58,234 nt of DNA from Patescibacteria group bacterium (GTDB lineage: Bacteria > Patescibacteriota > Minisyncoccia > Moranbacterales > DUUL01), in the NCBI GenBank assembly GCA_015493225.1, contig WGDO01000032.1, forward strand, positions 1 to 58,234. The letters are read 5' to 3'. A program made the position numbers and the translations under genes. This document shows, one piece after another, positions 1 to 8,518 of the stretch; within the stretch, counting starts at the first letter, position 1, and each line of letters starts with the position of its first letter. Below the pieces are notes generated by a model. It did no database searches. It was not told the origin of the DNA and saw nothing but the letters and a program-made list of their open reading frames with translations.

Positions 1-63
1 AGCTGGAAATACCCGGATGTATCACATTATTTTATTGATTTTCTGATTGGTCCAGCTAATTGA
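1..63 (+). CDS. possible 3' end of an upstream CDS (SWKYPDVSHYFIDFLIGPAN*)
   Basis: Frame 1 is open from the window edge to TGA at 61-63 and a terminator-like hairpin follows; too short to assign. Confidence 0.3.
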   Translation, partial: SWKYPDVSHYFIDFLIGPAN

Positions 64-147
64 TTGAATGCTAACCTCAACTCTGATATATATATATATA
101 TCCTTAATTGGTAAAACTGATTAAAGATGAATATATGTGTATCAGGA

Positions 148-184
148 AAGGTGTCGTAGAGTAAAACTTTACGGTGCCTTTTTT
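148..184 (+). terminator. intrinsic terminator-like hairpin
   Basis: AAGGTGTCGTAGAG...CTTTACGGTGCCTT stem with G-U pairs, followed by a T-run. Confidence 0.55.
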
Positions 185-230
185 AATATACAAAACAAAA
201 TATTTCCAACAAAAATAAAACAAAAACCGG

Positions 231-321
231 TGTTTCCTTTTAACCATATAAGGTAACAATTAATTTTTAGTCTAAGGGGGTTTAAAAGAGGAGCACTTCC
301 TTATAACCATATAAGGTAACA
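231..321. repeat. pair of ~28-bp imperfect palindromes (TGTTTCCTTATAACCATATAAGGTAACA family)
   Basis: Copies at 231-258 and 297-321; the same motif recurs at 47220-47299. Confidence 0.8.
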
Positions 322-451
322 GGTAGGGCAGTAGGGAAAGTAATGGGGTCAAAGATGGTGGTAGGCGGAGTGTTATGATGTTGGATGTTAAAGAGGAGTA
401 TTATGATATTATGAATAATATCATAATAGGTAAAATAGAGGTAAAATTTAT

Positions 452-480
452 TTGCTTATTTAAAAAAATTTCAGTATAAT
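452..480 (+). promoter_or_regulatory. sigma70-type promoter
   Basis: TTGCTT-N17-TATAAT upstream of the ORF at 529. Confidence 0.6.
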
Positions 481-528
481 GAAAAACTAGCTTAAAAAGA
501 CTAGCTTAAATATTAAGGTGAAATCAAA

Positions 529-1149
529 ATGGAATTAAAAGATTATTTACAAATTATTAAAAAATACCCAAAAATATTTTGGGGCATTTGGGGGAGTATT
601 GTTTTTTTAGGTTTATTTGCAGTCGCAGTTCAACCAGTTATTTATCAAGGAGAAACCACAGTGATGATTTTAAGGGAGCATCCGCAGAAAAATTTAAAAG
701 TTTCCGATAAATACGATTATTATTATCAGCTGGAAGCCAATAAGGATATTTCCACCATTGTAAAAAATATTTTCAAAGACAAAGCAGTCCTTTTGAGAAG
801 TCTGCGACCAAAAGGAGAAAATAATTTACAAAGAGGTATGTCCCCGGAAGAAACTTGGATAATTTCTAAACTAAGAACAGAAGATTTAGGGGCAGGGTAT
901 GTTAAATTGATTATTAAGGCTCATCAGCCAAAAGAAATTGAAAGATTGACTCAGGGGCTTAGAAGAGAATTGGATTATAAAATATCATTGCTAGGTGGAG
1001 ATAAGGATAGAATTTTAAAAATTAAAATGGAGCCGGTAATAATTACTGCTCTTAGTAAGTTATATTTACCGGTTGGTCTGGCAGTATTTTTCGGAGGATT
1101 ATTGGTGGCAGTGATTGGGGTGTTGGCGGTGGAGTATTTTAGGGAGTAG
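529..1149 (+). CDS. Wzz/CpsC-like polysaccharide chain-length determinant family protein
   Basis: MELKDYLQII start, N- and C-terminal TM helices around a soluble loop; lies upstream of glycosyltransferases. Confidence 0.65.
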   Translation: MELKDYLQIIKKYPKIFWGIWGSIVFLGLFAVAVQPVIYQGETTVMILREHPQKNLKVSDKYDYYYQLEANKDISTIVKNIFKDKAVLLRSLRPKGENNLQRGMSPEETWIISKLRTEDLGAGYVKLIIKAHQPKEIERLTQGLRRELDYKISLLGGDKDRILKIKMEPVIITALSKLYLPVGLAVFFGGLLVAVIGVLAVEYFRE

Positions 1150-1154
1150 AACTA

Positions 1155-1246
1155 AACTAAATCCACCCCTAACCCCTCCTTTACAAGGGGGGGGAACTAA
1201 AACTAAATCCACCCCTAACCCCTCCTTTACAAAGGAGGGGGACTAA
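1155..1246 (+). repeat. two tandem 46-bp REP-like units (AAATCCACCCCTAACCCCTCCTTTACAAAGGAGGGG)
   Basis: Direct tandem copies 1155-1200 and 1201-1246; further copies at 22187, 34643 (inverted) and 36363. Confidence 0.9.
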
Positions 1247-1255
1247 GGTAAATGA

Positions 1256-2446
1256 ATGAACAATCATAAACAACAACTAAAAACCAAAAACAAACCAAAA
1301 ACCATCGGCATTGATGGACGTTGCTTGTTGGATGAAAATTATACTGGGGTTAGTGAATACACCGTTACCTTGATTAAAAAACTATTAAAAAAATATCCCC
1401 ACAATAAATACATTATTTTTCTAAACAGTTTTAAGGGGCGAGATATTCAGGAAAAATTATTATGGTTACGAAGATATCCCAATGTCTCTTTAAAGCATTT
1501 TTATTGGCCAAATAAATTATTAAATTTTAGCCTATGGTTTTTTCGTTGGCCAAAATTAGATAAATTAATTGGTGGAACAGATATTTTCATTGCTCCTAAT
1601 ATTTCTTTCCTTGGAGTTAGTGAAAAAACGAAATTCGTTTTAACTGTTCATGACCTATCTTTTGAAAGATTTAAAAAAACTTTTTCCTGGAAACGACGAC
1701 TTTGGCATTTTATTATTAATCCTCGTCAATTAAGCAAACAAGCTAATGAAATTTGGACTGTCTCCAACTCTACCAAATGGGACTTAGAATCTTTATATAA
1801 AATTCCTGGTAAACAAATAAAAGTAAAACCGATTATTCAAAATTTACAAGCCTTTAGAAAAGAAAATATAAAACAAAGCAAAATTAAGTTTATTCAAAAA
1901 AAATATAATTTACCCAATAAGTTTATTTTATATTTAGGAACAATCGAGCCTCGGAAAAATATTATTAAGTTGGTTCAGGCTTTTGAGTATCTACGAAAAA
2001 ACAAATTAATTAATTCGGATTATAAATTGGTTTTGGCAGGACAATTTGGCTGGAAATACGGCAATATTTTGAAATATATAAATAATTCATCTTATCGGTC
2101 AGAAATTATTCTACCTCAATTTGTCAAGCCAGAAGATAAACCATATTTTTATTATCTGACAACTGTTTTTGTTTTTCCATCTTTATTTGAAGGATTTGGC
2201 ATTCCGGTGGTGGAAGCAATGGCCAGCGGAACGCCGGTAATTACTTCCAATAATTCTTCTTTGCCGGAAGTGGTCAACGATGCCGGTATTTTAATTGATC
2301 CTGACCGGACCGAAGATTTAATTGATGCTCTGGAACTATTGTTAAACAATAAAATTCTGCGAAAAGAATTTCACGACAAAGGGTTGGAGAGGGTGGTGGA
2401 GCTGGAGAGGGTTTCGGAGGATTGTTTTTTGAATTTTAATTTGTAA
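1256..2446 (+). CDS. glycosyltransferase family 4 (GT-B)
   Basis: [21 protein letters not shown] and [21 protein letters not shown] motifs. Confidence 0.92.
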   Translation: MNNHKQQLKTKNKPKTIGIDGRCLLDENYTGVSEYTVTLIKKLLKKYPHNKYIIFLNSFKGRDIQEKLLWLRRYPNVSLKHFYWPNKLLNFSLWFFRWPKLDKLIGGTDIFIAPNISFLGVSEKTKFVLTVHDLSFERFKKTFSWKRRLWHFIINPRQLSKQANEIWTVSNSTKWDLESLYKIPGKQIKVKPIIQNLQAFRKENIKQSKIKFIQKKYNLPNKFILYLGTIEPRKNIIKLVQAFEYLRKNKLINSDYKLVLAGQFGWKYGNILKYINNSSYRSEIILPQFVKPEDKPYFYYLTTVFVFPSLFEGFGIPVVEAMASGTPVITSNNSSLPEVVNDAGILIDPDRTEDLIDALELLLNNKILRKEFHDKGLERVVELERVSEDCFLNFNL

Positions 2447-2467
2447 TTTGTAAATTAAGGCGTTGCC

Positions 2468-2621
2468 AATTTTAATTTGTAATTTGTAAATTTTAATTCA
2501 ATTTTAAATGCTCCAATTTTAAATGGCTAAAACAAACTGTAAATTACCGATTATTAATTATTCATTTGAAAATTTACACAATTAGATTTGAATTACAAAT
2601 TACAAATTACAAATTAAAATT
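2468..2621. mobile_element. 154-bp MITE-like element with heptamer-based terminal inverted repeats
   Basis: Ends AATTTTAATTTGTAATTTGTAA / TTACAAATTACAAATTAAAATT; near-identical copy at 17196-17349. Confidence 0.7.
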
Positions 2622-2712
2622 TTTTTAAGTTGCTAGCCCAAAAAGCACCATTATGTTATTATGCAAAGGTAAGATCTCATTTAAAATAAACTTGCATATT
2701 AAGCATGCCATC

Positions 2713-2805
2713 GAGCTTTTCGGGCGTTATTTTCTACCTGATGTTCGACCTCTCTTTATTTCTGGGGCGTCGAACATGCGTCCGAAAATAACGCCCGAAA
2801 AGCTC
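2713..2805. repeat. long GC-richer inverted repeat
   Basis: Perfect 22-bp arms 2713-2734/2784-2805 plus inner ATGTTCGAC/GTCGAACAT. Confidence 0.85.
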
Positions 2806-2864
2806 TCTAAATAAGGGAGTTTAGCAATTTACTTTAAATGGCTTATAATTAAGTCTATAAATAA

Positions 2865-4052
2865 ATGCTTAAAATCAAAAGTAAAAAAAAACAAAAAGTT
2901 TACCGCATTGGCATTGACGCTAGGTTCTTTGGTTTGGAAAATAAAGGACTGGGACGATATACAAATGAATTAATTAAGTGGTTGGAGAATATTGACGAAA
3001 GAATTCGAAAAGACAACCAGTCTAAAAAAATTGAATTTTATGTTTTTTTACGAAAAAATAATTTTTCTGAATATATTCCTCAAAATAAACATTTTCATAA
3101 AGTTTTGGCTGATTTTCATTGGTATTCCTTTGCAGAACAAGTCAGATTTCCTTTTTTGCTCAATAAATATAAATTGGATTTAGTCCATTTTCCTCACTTC
3201 AACGTTCCCTTGCTATACCGAAAAAAATTTATAGTAACGGTTCATGACTTAATTCTTTTTCATTATCCAACGGTGAGAAATACAACTCTAAATAAGTTTG
3301 TTTATTGGTTTAAATTATTGATGTACCATCTGGTTATTCGCTCAACCATCCGACGAAGCAACTTGGTAGTTGCCATCTCTAAATTTACGAAAAACGACCT
3401 GATAACTACTCTAAAAACACCATCTCAAAAAATAGAAGTTATCTATGAAGGAGCTGAATTTAATTTAAACAAAGAGCATAACGTCTCAGAACAACAAAAG
3501 AATACTTTTTTTAAAAAATATGGTATAATAAAACCATATTTATTATATGTTGGCAATGCCTATCCTCATAAAAACTTGGAACGGCTTGTTTTGGTTTTTA
3601 AGAGGTTGGTACAGAATGGATTTGATAAACAGCTGGTCTTGGTTGGTAAAAATGATTATTTTTATCAACGACTTAAGAAGTTTATTCAAAATAATAAAAT
3701 TAAACAGGTTGTCGTTACTGATTATGTGGATGATATTGACTTGGAGCAATTATATCAGAAAGCAGAAGTCTTTATTTTTCCTTCCTTGTATGAAGGATTT
3801 GGATTGCCACCTTTGGAAGCTTTAGGCTATGGCTTACCGGTAATAAGTTCTAATAAAAGTTCTTTGCCGGAAATATTAGAAGATAAAGTAATATATTTTA
3901 ATCCGGAAAGTAAAGAAGATATGGCGAATAGCATTTTAAAATATAATCAACAAACAAAAATAAGCAGGGTAGACATTGCTAAGCTAAAAGAAAAATATTC
4001 TTGGCATAGAATGGCTAAAGAAATTTATCAAATTTATTTGAAAGTTTTATAG
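2865..4052 (+). CDS. glycosyltransferase family 4 (GT-B)
   Basis: IGIDARF, HFPHFNVP, GNAYPHKN and FPSLYEGFGLPPLEA motifs. Confidence 0.92.
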   Translation: MLKIKSKKKQKVYRIGIDARFFGLENKGLGRYTNELIKWLENIDERIRKDNQSKKIEFYVFLRKNNFSEYIPQNKHFHKVLADFHWYSFAEQVRFPFLLNKYKLDLVHFPHFNVPLLYRKKFIVTVHDLILFHYPTVRNTTLNKFVYWFKLLMYHLVIRSTIRRSNLVVAISKFTKNDLITTLKTPSQKIEVIYEGAEFNLNKEHNVSEQQKNTFFKKYGIIKPYLLYVGNAYPHKNLERLVLVFKRLVQNGFDKQLVLVGKNDYFYQRLKKFIQNNKIKQVVVTDYVDDIDLEQLYQKAEVFIFPSLYEGFGLPPLEALGYGLPVISSNKSSLPEILEDKVIYFNPESKEDMANSILKYNQQTKISRVDIAKLKEKYSWHRMAKEIYQIYLKVL

Positions 4053-4061
4053 AAAATAATC

Positions 4062-6710
4062 TTGATGACAAATCAAAAATTACCAAAACAAAATATTATT
4101 CGTAATACCGGTGATATTGCTCCGCCTCAACGGACTAGTGTTAAAAGTGTCAAAAATCCTGTTGCCAAACAAGTTATTCCAGGGGAAAATACTTCCCAAG
4201 GGATAAGACCGTCTTCTACTCAGGATCAAAAAAATTCCCAGGCTCAGTATAATGAACAGTCGCCTGACAGTGATCCTCAAAATAAGGTTATTACTGAAAC
4301 CCCTTTTATTCAAAAAATTGGAGAATATAACAATGACAACAAAGTAACGGACGATTTGAATTTTGGCAAGCAATCCTTAGGAGTGTCAGTACCATCAGTA
4401 CCATCAGTGTCATCAGACAGTGTCATAAATGATGTTGTGCAACCAAAAATAATATCATTTAATCATTCCCAACATATTTATGAAGACGAGGAAGAGCAAA
4501 ATGAGAGAAAAAATAGCAAACAAGAATATGAAATAAGAGATACGGATACTTCAACCAATGATACAATGTCATCGGTGGGCACTGAAAAACAAAATACACC
4601 AATTAATACTGATGGGCAGAATAATTTTCAGGCAAATTTTCAACAAGATAGAACCGACCAACAAATAGCCGGCTTTTTTCAGGGGCAGAAGAAAATAAAT
4701 TTACAAAGTAAACCAAAAAAGAAAAAACAAACAGGAAGAAAAGCTCCTTTATTGGGATTTTCTTTGGGGGCAATTACAGCCTTGTTTTTGATAGGGGTAG
4801 GAGTGTTTGCATCTTTTGGTTATCAATCTAAAAAAACAATAGAAGTTAAAGGAGCTCAGGCTGTTAATTATTTGCAAGAGGCAAAAGTAAATTTAAAAGA
4901 TAAAAATTTTGAATTAGCTTCAACAAATTTATTGGCAGCCAAGCAGGAATTTCAAGATTCTCAAAAAGAATTAGATAAACTTGGGGGAAAGAAATTAAAC
5001 TTACTAAAGCACATTCCTATTTTGTCAAAAGTAAGTAGCGGTAAAAATGTGGTTGATTTAGGAAAAAATCTAACGGATGCAGTTTATGAATTATCAAAAA
5101 TTTCTAAGTTGCTAGATGGAATACAAAACCCTTTTGATTTAGAAAATTCAAATTCTTTTTCTTTGACAGCTATTCTAGTAGAAGCTCAAAAACATATTGA
5201 TATTGCCAGACAATCATTGCACAGGGCTGAAATTGCCAGCCAGGGAATTAAGCTAGAAGATTTGCCGAAACAATATGTTGGTAAAATAAAAACAATTCAA
5301 GAATTATTACCCTTGGTAAATGACAATTTAGAAGATACCGACAGATTTACCAAAATATTTTTAGAACTTTTTGGGCATTATGGACCACGCAAATATTTAA
5401 TAGTTTTTCAGAATAATCAAGAGATGAGAGCAACGGGTGGGTTTATTGGTAGCTACGGCTTACTAGAGACAAACGCTGGCAGAATAGAAAAATTAAAGGT
5501 GGAAGGAATATACAATCCCGATGGACAGTTAAGAGTTAATGTTGTTCCACCCCGACCAATTCAAAAAATGTCTGCCACCTGGACTACCCATGATGCCAAT
5601 TGGTGGCCAGATTTTCCTAAATCGGCTCAGAAAATAGCTTGGTTCTATGAAAAAACTGGTGGACCAACAACCGATGGAGTGATTGCCATAACTCCAACTG
5701 TACTAGAAAAAATGCTAGCAGTTACTGGACCAATTGAAATGCCAGAGTATGATATAACTGTTACCGATAAAAATTTTACTAAAGTTATTCAAAAGCAGGT
5801 CGAGGAAGATTATGACAAAGAAGAAAATAAGCCCAAAAAGATATTGGCAGACTTGACCCCCAAATTATTTGCCAAATTTTTTGATTTAAAAAACCCAAAA
5901 CAAATGGCTGAAGCAGTTAAAGTTTTACTTAATGCCCTAGAAGAAAAACATATTTTACTATATTTCACAGACCAAGAAGCGGAAAAAACTGTTGTTGATC
6001 AGAAATGGGCTGGTAAAATATTAGACACAGATAAAGACTATTTAGCAGTTATCAATACCAACATCAATGGGTATAAAACCGATGGAGTTATAGATGAAGT
6101 AATTAATCATCAGGCAAAAATTGAAACAGATGGCTCAGTAGTTGACACAGTAACTATCACCAGAAAACATCTGGGAGGCAACACAGATTATGAGTGGTGG
6201 AATAAAGTCAATTCAGATTATATGAGGGTTTATGTTCCCAAGGGAAGTAAGTTAATCTCAGTTAGTGGACAGACCAGGGAGTTCAATGAGCCTCGCTTGG
6301 TCTATGATAAATTGGGATTTCAAATTGATAGCGATGTAGCTAAAGAGGAAAAGTATATGAAAATAGACCCCAATAGTGGTACGAGAATTTATGACGAAAA
6401 TAATAAAACAATTTTCGCCAATTGGGTTTATGTTTCACCCCATGAACAGGTGACCGTAATTTATAAATATAAATTACCATTTAAAGTTAATCCTTCTGCG
6501 GAGGGAGAAGGAGGGTATTCATTTTTAATGCAGAAACAATCTGGATCAACCCATTCTAAATTAATTGCCGAAATAGAATTTCCTTTTCGCTGGGAAACAA
6601 CTTGGTTACATCCGGAGGATATGAATTTTGACAAAGAAAATAATAAATTCATTTATAGACGTAATTTAAATACAGACCAATTTGTAGGGGTTGTATTCAA
6701 GGAGAAATAA
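4062..6710 (+). CDS. DUF4012 domain membrane-anchored protein with long disordered N-terminus
   Basis: One TM helix, then YLIVFQNNQEMRATGGFIGSYG, DANWWPDFP and DGVIAITP motifs typical of DUF4012; start codon uncertain. Confidence 0.8.
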   Translation: MMTNQKLPKQNIIRNTGDIAPPQRTSVKSVKNPVAKQVIPGENTSQGIRPSSTQDQKNSQAQYNEQSPDSDPQNKVITETPFIQKIGEYNNDNKVTDDLNFGKQSLGVSVPSVPSVSSDSVINDVVQPKIISFNHSQHIYEDEEEQNERKNSKQEYEIRDTDTSTNDTMSSVGTEKQNTPINTDGQNNFQANFQQDRTDQQIAGFFQGQKKINLQSKPKKKKQTGRKAPLLGFSLGAITALFLIGVGVFASFGYQSKKTIEVKGAQAVNYLQEAKVNLKDKNFELASTNLLAAKQEFQDSQKELDKLGGKKLNLLKHIPILSKVSSGKNVVDLGKNLTDAVYELSKISKLLDGIQNPFDLENSNSFSLTAILVEAQKHIDIARQSLHRAEIASQGIKLEDLPKQYVGKIKTIQELLPLVNDNLEDTDRFTKIFLELFGHYGPRKYLIVFQNNQEMRATGGFIGSYGLLETNAGRIEKLKVEGIYNPDGQLRVNVVPPRPIQKMSATWTTHDANWWPDFPKSAQKIAWFYEKTGGPTTDGVIAITPTVLEKMLAVTGPIEMPEYDITVTDKNFTKVIQKQVEEDYDKEENKPKKILADLTPKLFAKFFDLKNPKQMAEAVKVLLNALEEKHILLYFTDQEAEKTVVDQKWAGKILDTDKDYLAVINTNINGYKTDGVIDEVINHQAKIETDGSVVDTVTITRKHLGGNTDYEWWNKVNSDYMRVYVPKGSKLISVSGQTREFNEPRLVYDKLGFQIDSDVAKEEKYMKIDPNSGTRIYDENNKTIFANWVYVSPHEQVTVIYKYKLPFKVNPSAEGEGGYSFLMQKQSGSTHSKLIAEIEFPFRWETTWLHPEDMNFDKENNKFIYRRNLNTDQFVGVVFKEK

Positions 6711-6733
6711 AGAGTGAGCAAAGCCGGGTTTAT

Positions 6734-6796
6734 AGGGAGATGGTTATTTCCTAGCTTCCCTCCTTTGAAAAAGGGGGGACTGAGGGGGGATTTTAA
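6734..6796. repeat. REP-like unit (CTTCCCTCCTTTGAAAAAGGGGGGACTGAGGGGGGATTTT)
   Basis: Near-identical copy at ~36285-36346; related units at 34746-34870 and 39353-39440. Confidence 0.85.
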
Positions 6797-6806
6797 GAAA
6801 CAGCAC

Positions 6807-6834
6807 TTGACATCAAAAACAAAACAATTATAAT
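6807..6834 (+). promoter_or_regulatory. sigma70 promoter
   Basis: TTGACA-N16-TATAAT; predicted start site ~6841. Confidence 0.7.
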
Positions 6835-6841
6835 AAATAAT

Positions 6842-6928
6842 ATGTTAAGTTTAAATCAAGTTAAAAATTATTTCTTTTGGTTTTTTGCCGGTTTTCGACC
6901 CGGTCTATTTTCGTTTGTGAATAATTAA
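6842..6928 (+). CDS. putative Phe-rich attenuator leader peptide (MLSLNQVKNYFFWFFAGFRPGLFSFVNN)
   Basis: 28-aa ORF at the predicted start site, 7 Phe codons including YFFWFF, overlapping alternative hairpins. Confidence 0.55.
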   Translation: MLSLNQVKNYFFWFFAGFRPGLFSFVNN

Positions 6929-6986
6929 AATATATATTTTACAAATAAAAATAGACCGGCTTCAAAAGTCGGTTTTTTGTTTTTTT
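6887..6986 (+). promoter_or_regulatory. putative transcription attenuator
   Basis: CCGGTCTATTTT(6900-6911)/AAAATAGACCGG(6948-6959) competes with terminator ACCGGCTT/AAGTCGGT(6955-6973) plus T-tract. Confidence 0.6.
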
Positions 6987-7019
6987 AGGGGATGTTCTTT
7001 GCTAAATTAATCTAGAGAG

Positions 7020-7226
7020 GTGATGGGGATGTACGCAACATCCGTAATTGAAGGTGTTACTCACAGTTTTCCGGTTAAGCATGAATTAAATAAATGTCCG
7101 GAGTGTTTTACTAAAAACAAAGATGGAAAATTATGGAGAGAATCTTCTCCAGTTGTACGACAGTGTAGAAAATGTGGCGCTGTAATAGATATTGAAATTA
7201 ATGAAACCATTGTTAAAAAAGACTAA
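7020..7226 (+). CDS. small Zn-ribbon-like orphan protein
   Basis: CPEC...CRKC; SD-like GAGG upstream. Confidence 0.6.
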   Translation: MMGMYATSVIEGVTHSFPVKHELNKCPECFTKNKDGKLWRESSPVVRQCRKCGAVIDIEINETIVKKD

Positions 7227-7243
7227 AAAGGAGTGAAATTACA

Positions 7244-7501
7244 ATGAAGAGGGGAATATTAACATCAGGAGATACAACTAGCTTTGGTAGAATAGTGTTG
7301 TGTGCAATCAAGACACAAAAAAGGTGTCACTGTTGCAACGGGCAATATTATGCGCTAAAGACATCTTTGGGAGGTGTGGTTGAAATTAATCATGCCCAAT
7401 GTCACGGGTGTGGAAGATTAACTCCATTTGTGTATGACAATTTTGGGGACGATTTTTATATCATTAAGAATATGTCTAGTCCCTGGCCGATATCAAGTTG
7501 A
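7244..7501 (+). CDS. small Zn-ribbon-like orphan protein
   Basis: CHCC...CHGC; SD AAGGAG upstream. Confidence 0.6.
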   Translation: MKRGILTSGDTTSFGRIVLCAIKTQKRCHCCNGQYYALKTSLGGVVEINHAQCHGCGRLTPFVYDNFGDDFYIIKNMSSPWPISS

Positions 7502-7530
7502 TACTCTTATATAGGGTAACATCCCAAAAG

Positions 7531-7572
7531 CCGGACAAGATTCACAAGGATTTGTCCGGTTTTATTTTTTTT
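7531..7572 (+). terminator. intrinsic terminator
   Basis: CCGGACAAG...TTTGTCCGG stem followed by a T-tract. Confidence 0.7.
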
Positions 7573-7585
7573 GGATTAGAAACAA

Positions 7586-7837
7586 TAGACCTCTCCGAAA
7601 ACTAGCTTCGTTACGAAATTTGCTAGTTTTGAGTAAAATTTATTGAACAACTTTTGAAAATTTAGCCTTGGCTAAGTTGAAAAAGTTTGCCAACCAAAGG
7701 TTGACCAGCAATTTGTGATAAATGTCATATTATTAATCACTTGAAACTTTCGCTCCGAAATTGGTCAGCCTCTGGCTGGAAATAAATTTTATCAAAAATG
7801 GAAAATTGCAGTAGGAGATAGTTTTCGAAGAGGTCTA
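7586..7837. mobile_element. 252-bp MITE-like element
   Basis: 19-bp terminal inverted repeats TAGACCTCTCCGAAAACTA / TAGTTTTCGAAGAGGTCTA (1 mismatch); no ORF. Confidence 0.7.
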
Positions 7838-7862
7838 ATTACTTTTTAGAGTTTTTAAAAAC

Positions 7863-8402
7863 CTAGTTTTCTACCTCTGGAAATACCCTCAAGGCATCAT
7901 TAAAACGATTAATATAATTAAATAATCCAACAACGCTAGTAATCTCCACAATTTGTTGATCAGTGAAATTTTCTTTCATTCTCAACATTAGATCTTCATC
8001 TATTTTATAGGCCTCATTATTTACAGCCTTAGCATAATCAATTGCTAAACATTCTTTATCGTTGCAAACTTTTTCAATATCCACTAACTTTTCTTCAGCA
8101 ATTCCAAGAGTGTCAAGCTGTTTTTTTGTAACACTGACACAGTAGTGACATTTATTTAATTCCGAAACCACAAAAGCCACTTTCCATTTTAGTAGTTTAT
8201 CGGTAGGAGCATCATCCATTAGAGATTTAAAGAGAGAAAAAAATCCCACTAGGCTATCATCACAATTAGCCATTACCCGCATCCACTTTGGTACTTGCCC
8301 GGTAGATTCCTCCATTTTCTCAAAAATTTCCTTAGCTTTACCATCCACTTCATCATCGCCTACCATTTTAACGACTGGTGTTGTCAATTTACTTTCACTC
8401 AT
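7863..8402 (-). CDS. AhpD/carboxymuconolactone decarboxylase family protein
   Basis: VSELNKCHYC (CxxC) and FNYINRFNDAL; start moved to ATG at 8402 (MSESKLT). Confidence 0.85.
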   Translation of the reverse strand: MSESKLTTPVVKMVGDDEVDGKAKEIFEKMEESTGQVPKWMRVMANCDDSLVGFFSLFKSLMDDAPTDKLLKWKVAFVVSELNKCHYCVSVTKKQLDTLGIAEEKLVDIEKVCNDKECLAIDYAKAVNNEAYKIDEDLMLRMKENFTDQQIVEITSVVGLFNYINRFNDALRVFPEVEN

Positions 8403-8518
8403 AGTTTTGTTTTTAATATTTATATATGTCTTAAGTGTAACACAAAACACTGCGTTGACCAAGGTAAATATAAGAGTATAATTGTAATTAAGAGATAAAT
8501 AATCTTTAATAAAAACAA

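Noticed and set aside
86-101. (AT)8 microsatellite
   Set aside because: Short, intergenic and unremarkable in AT-rich DNA.
1155-1246. CRISPR array from tandem C/G-rich repeats (also 34643-34906)
   Set aside because: Units abut without unique spacers and are dispersed in both orientations, as REP-like elements are.
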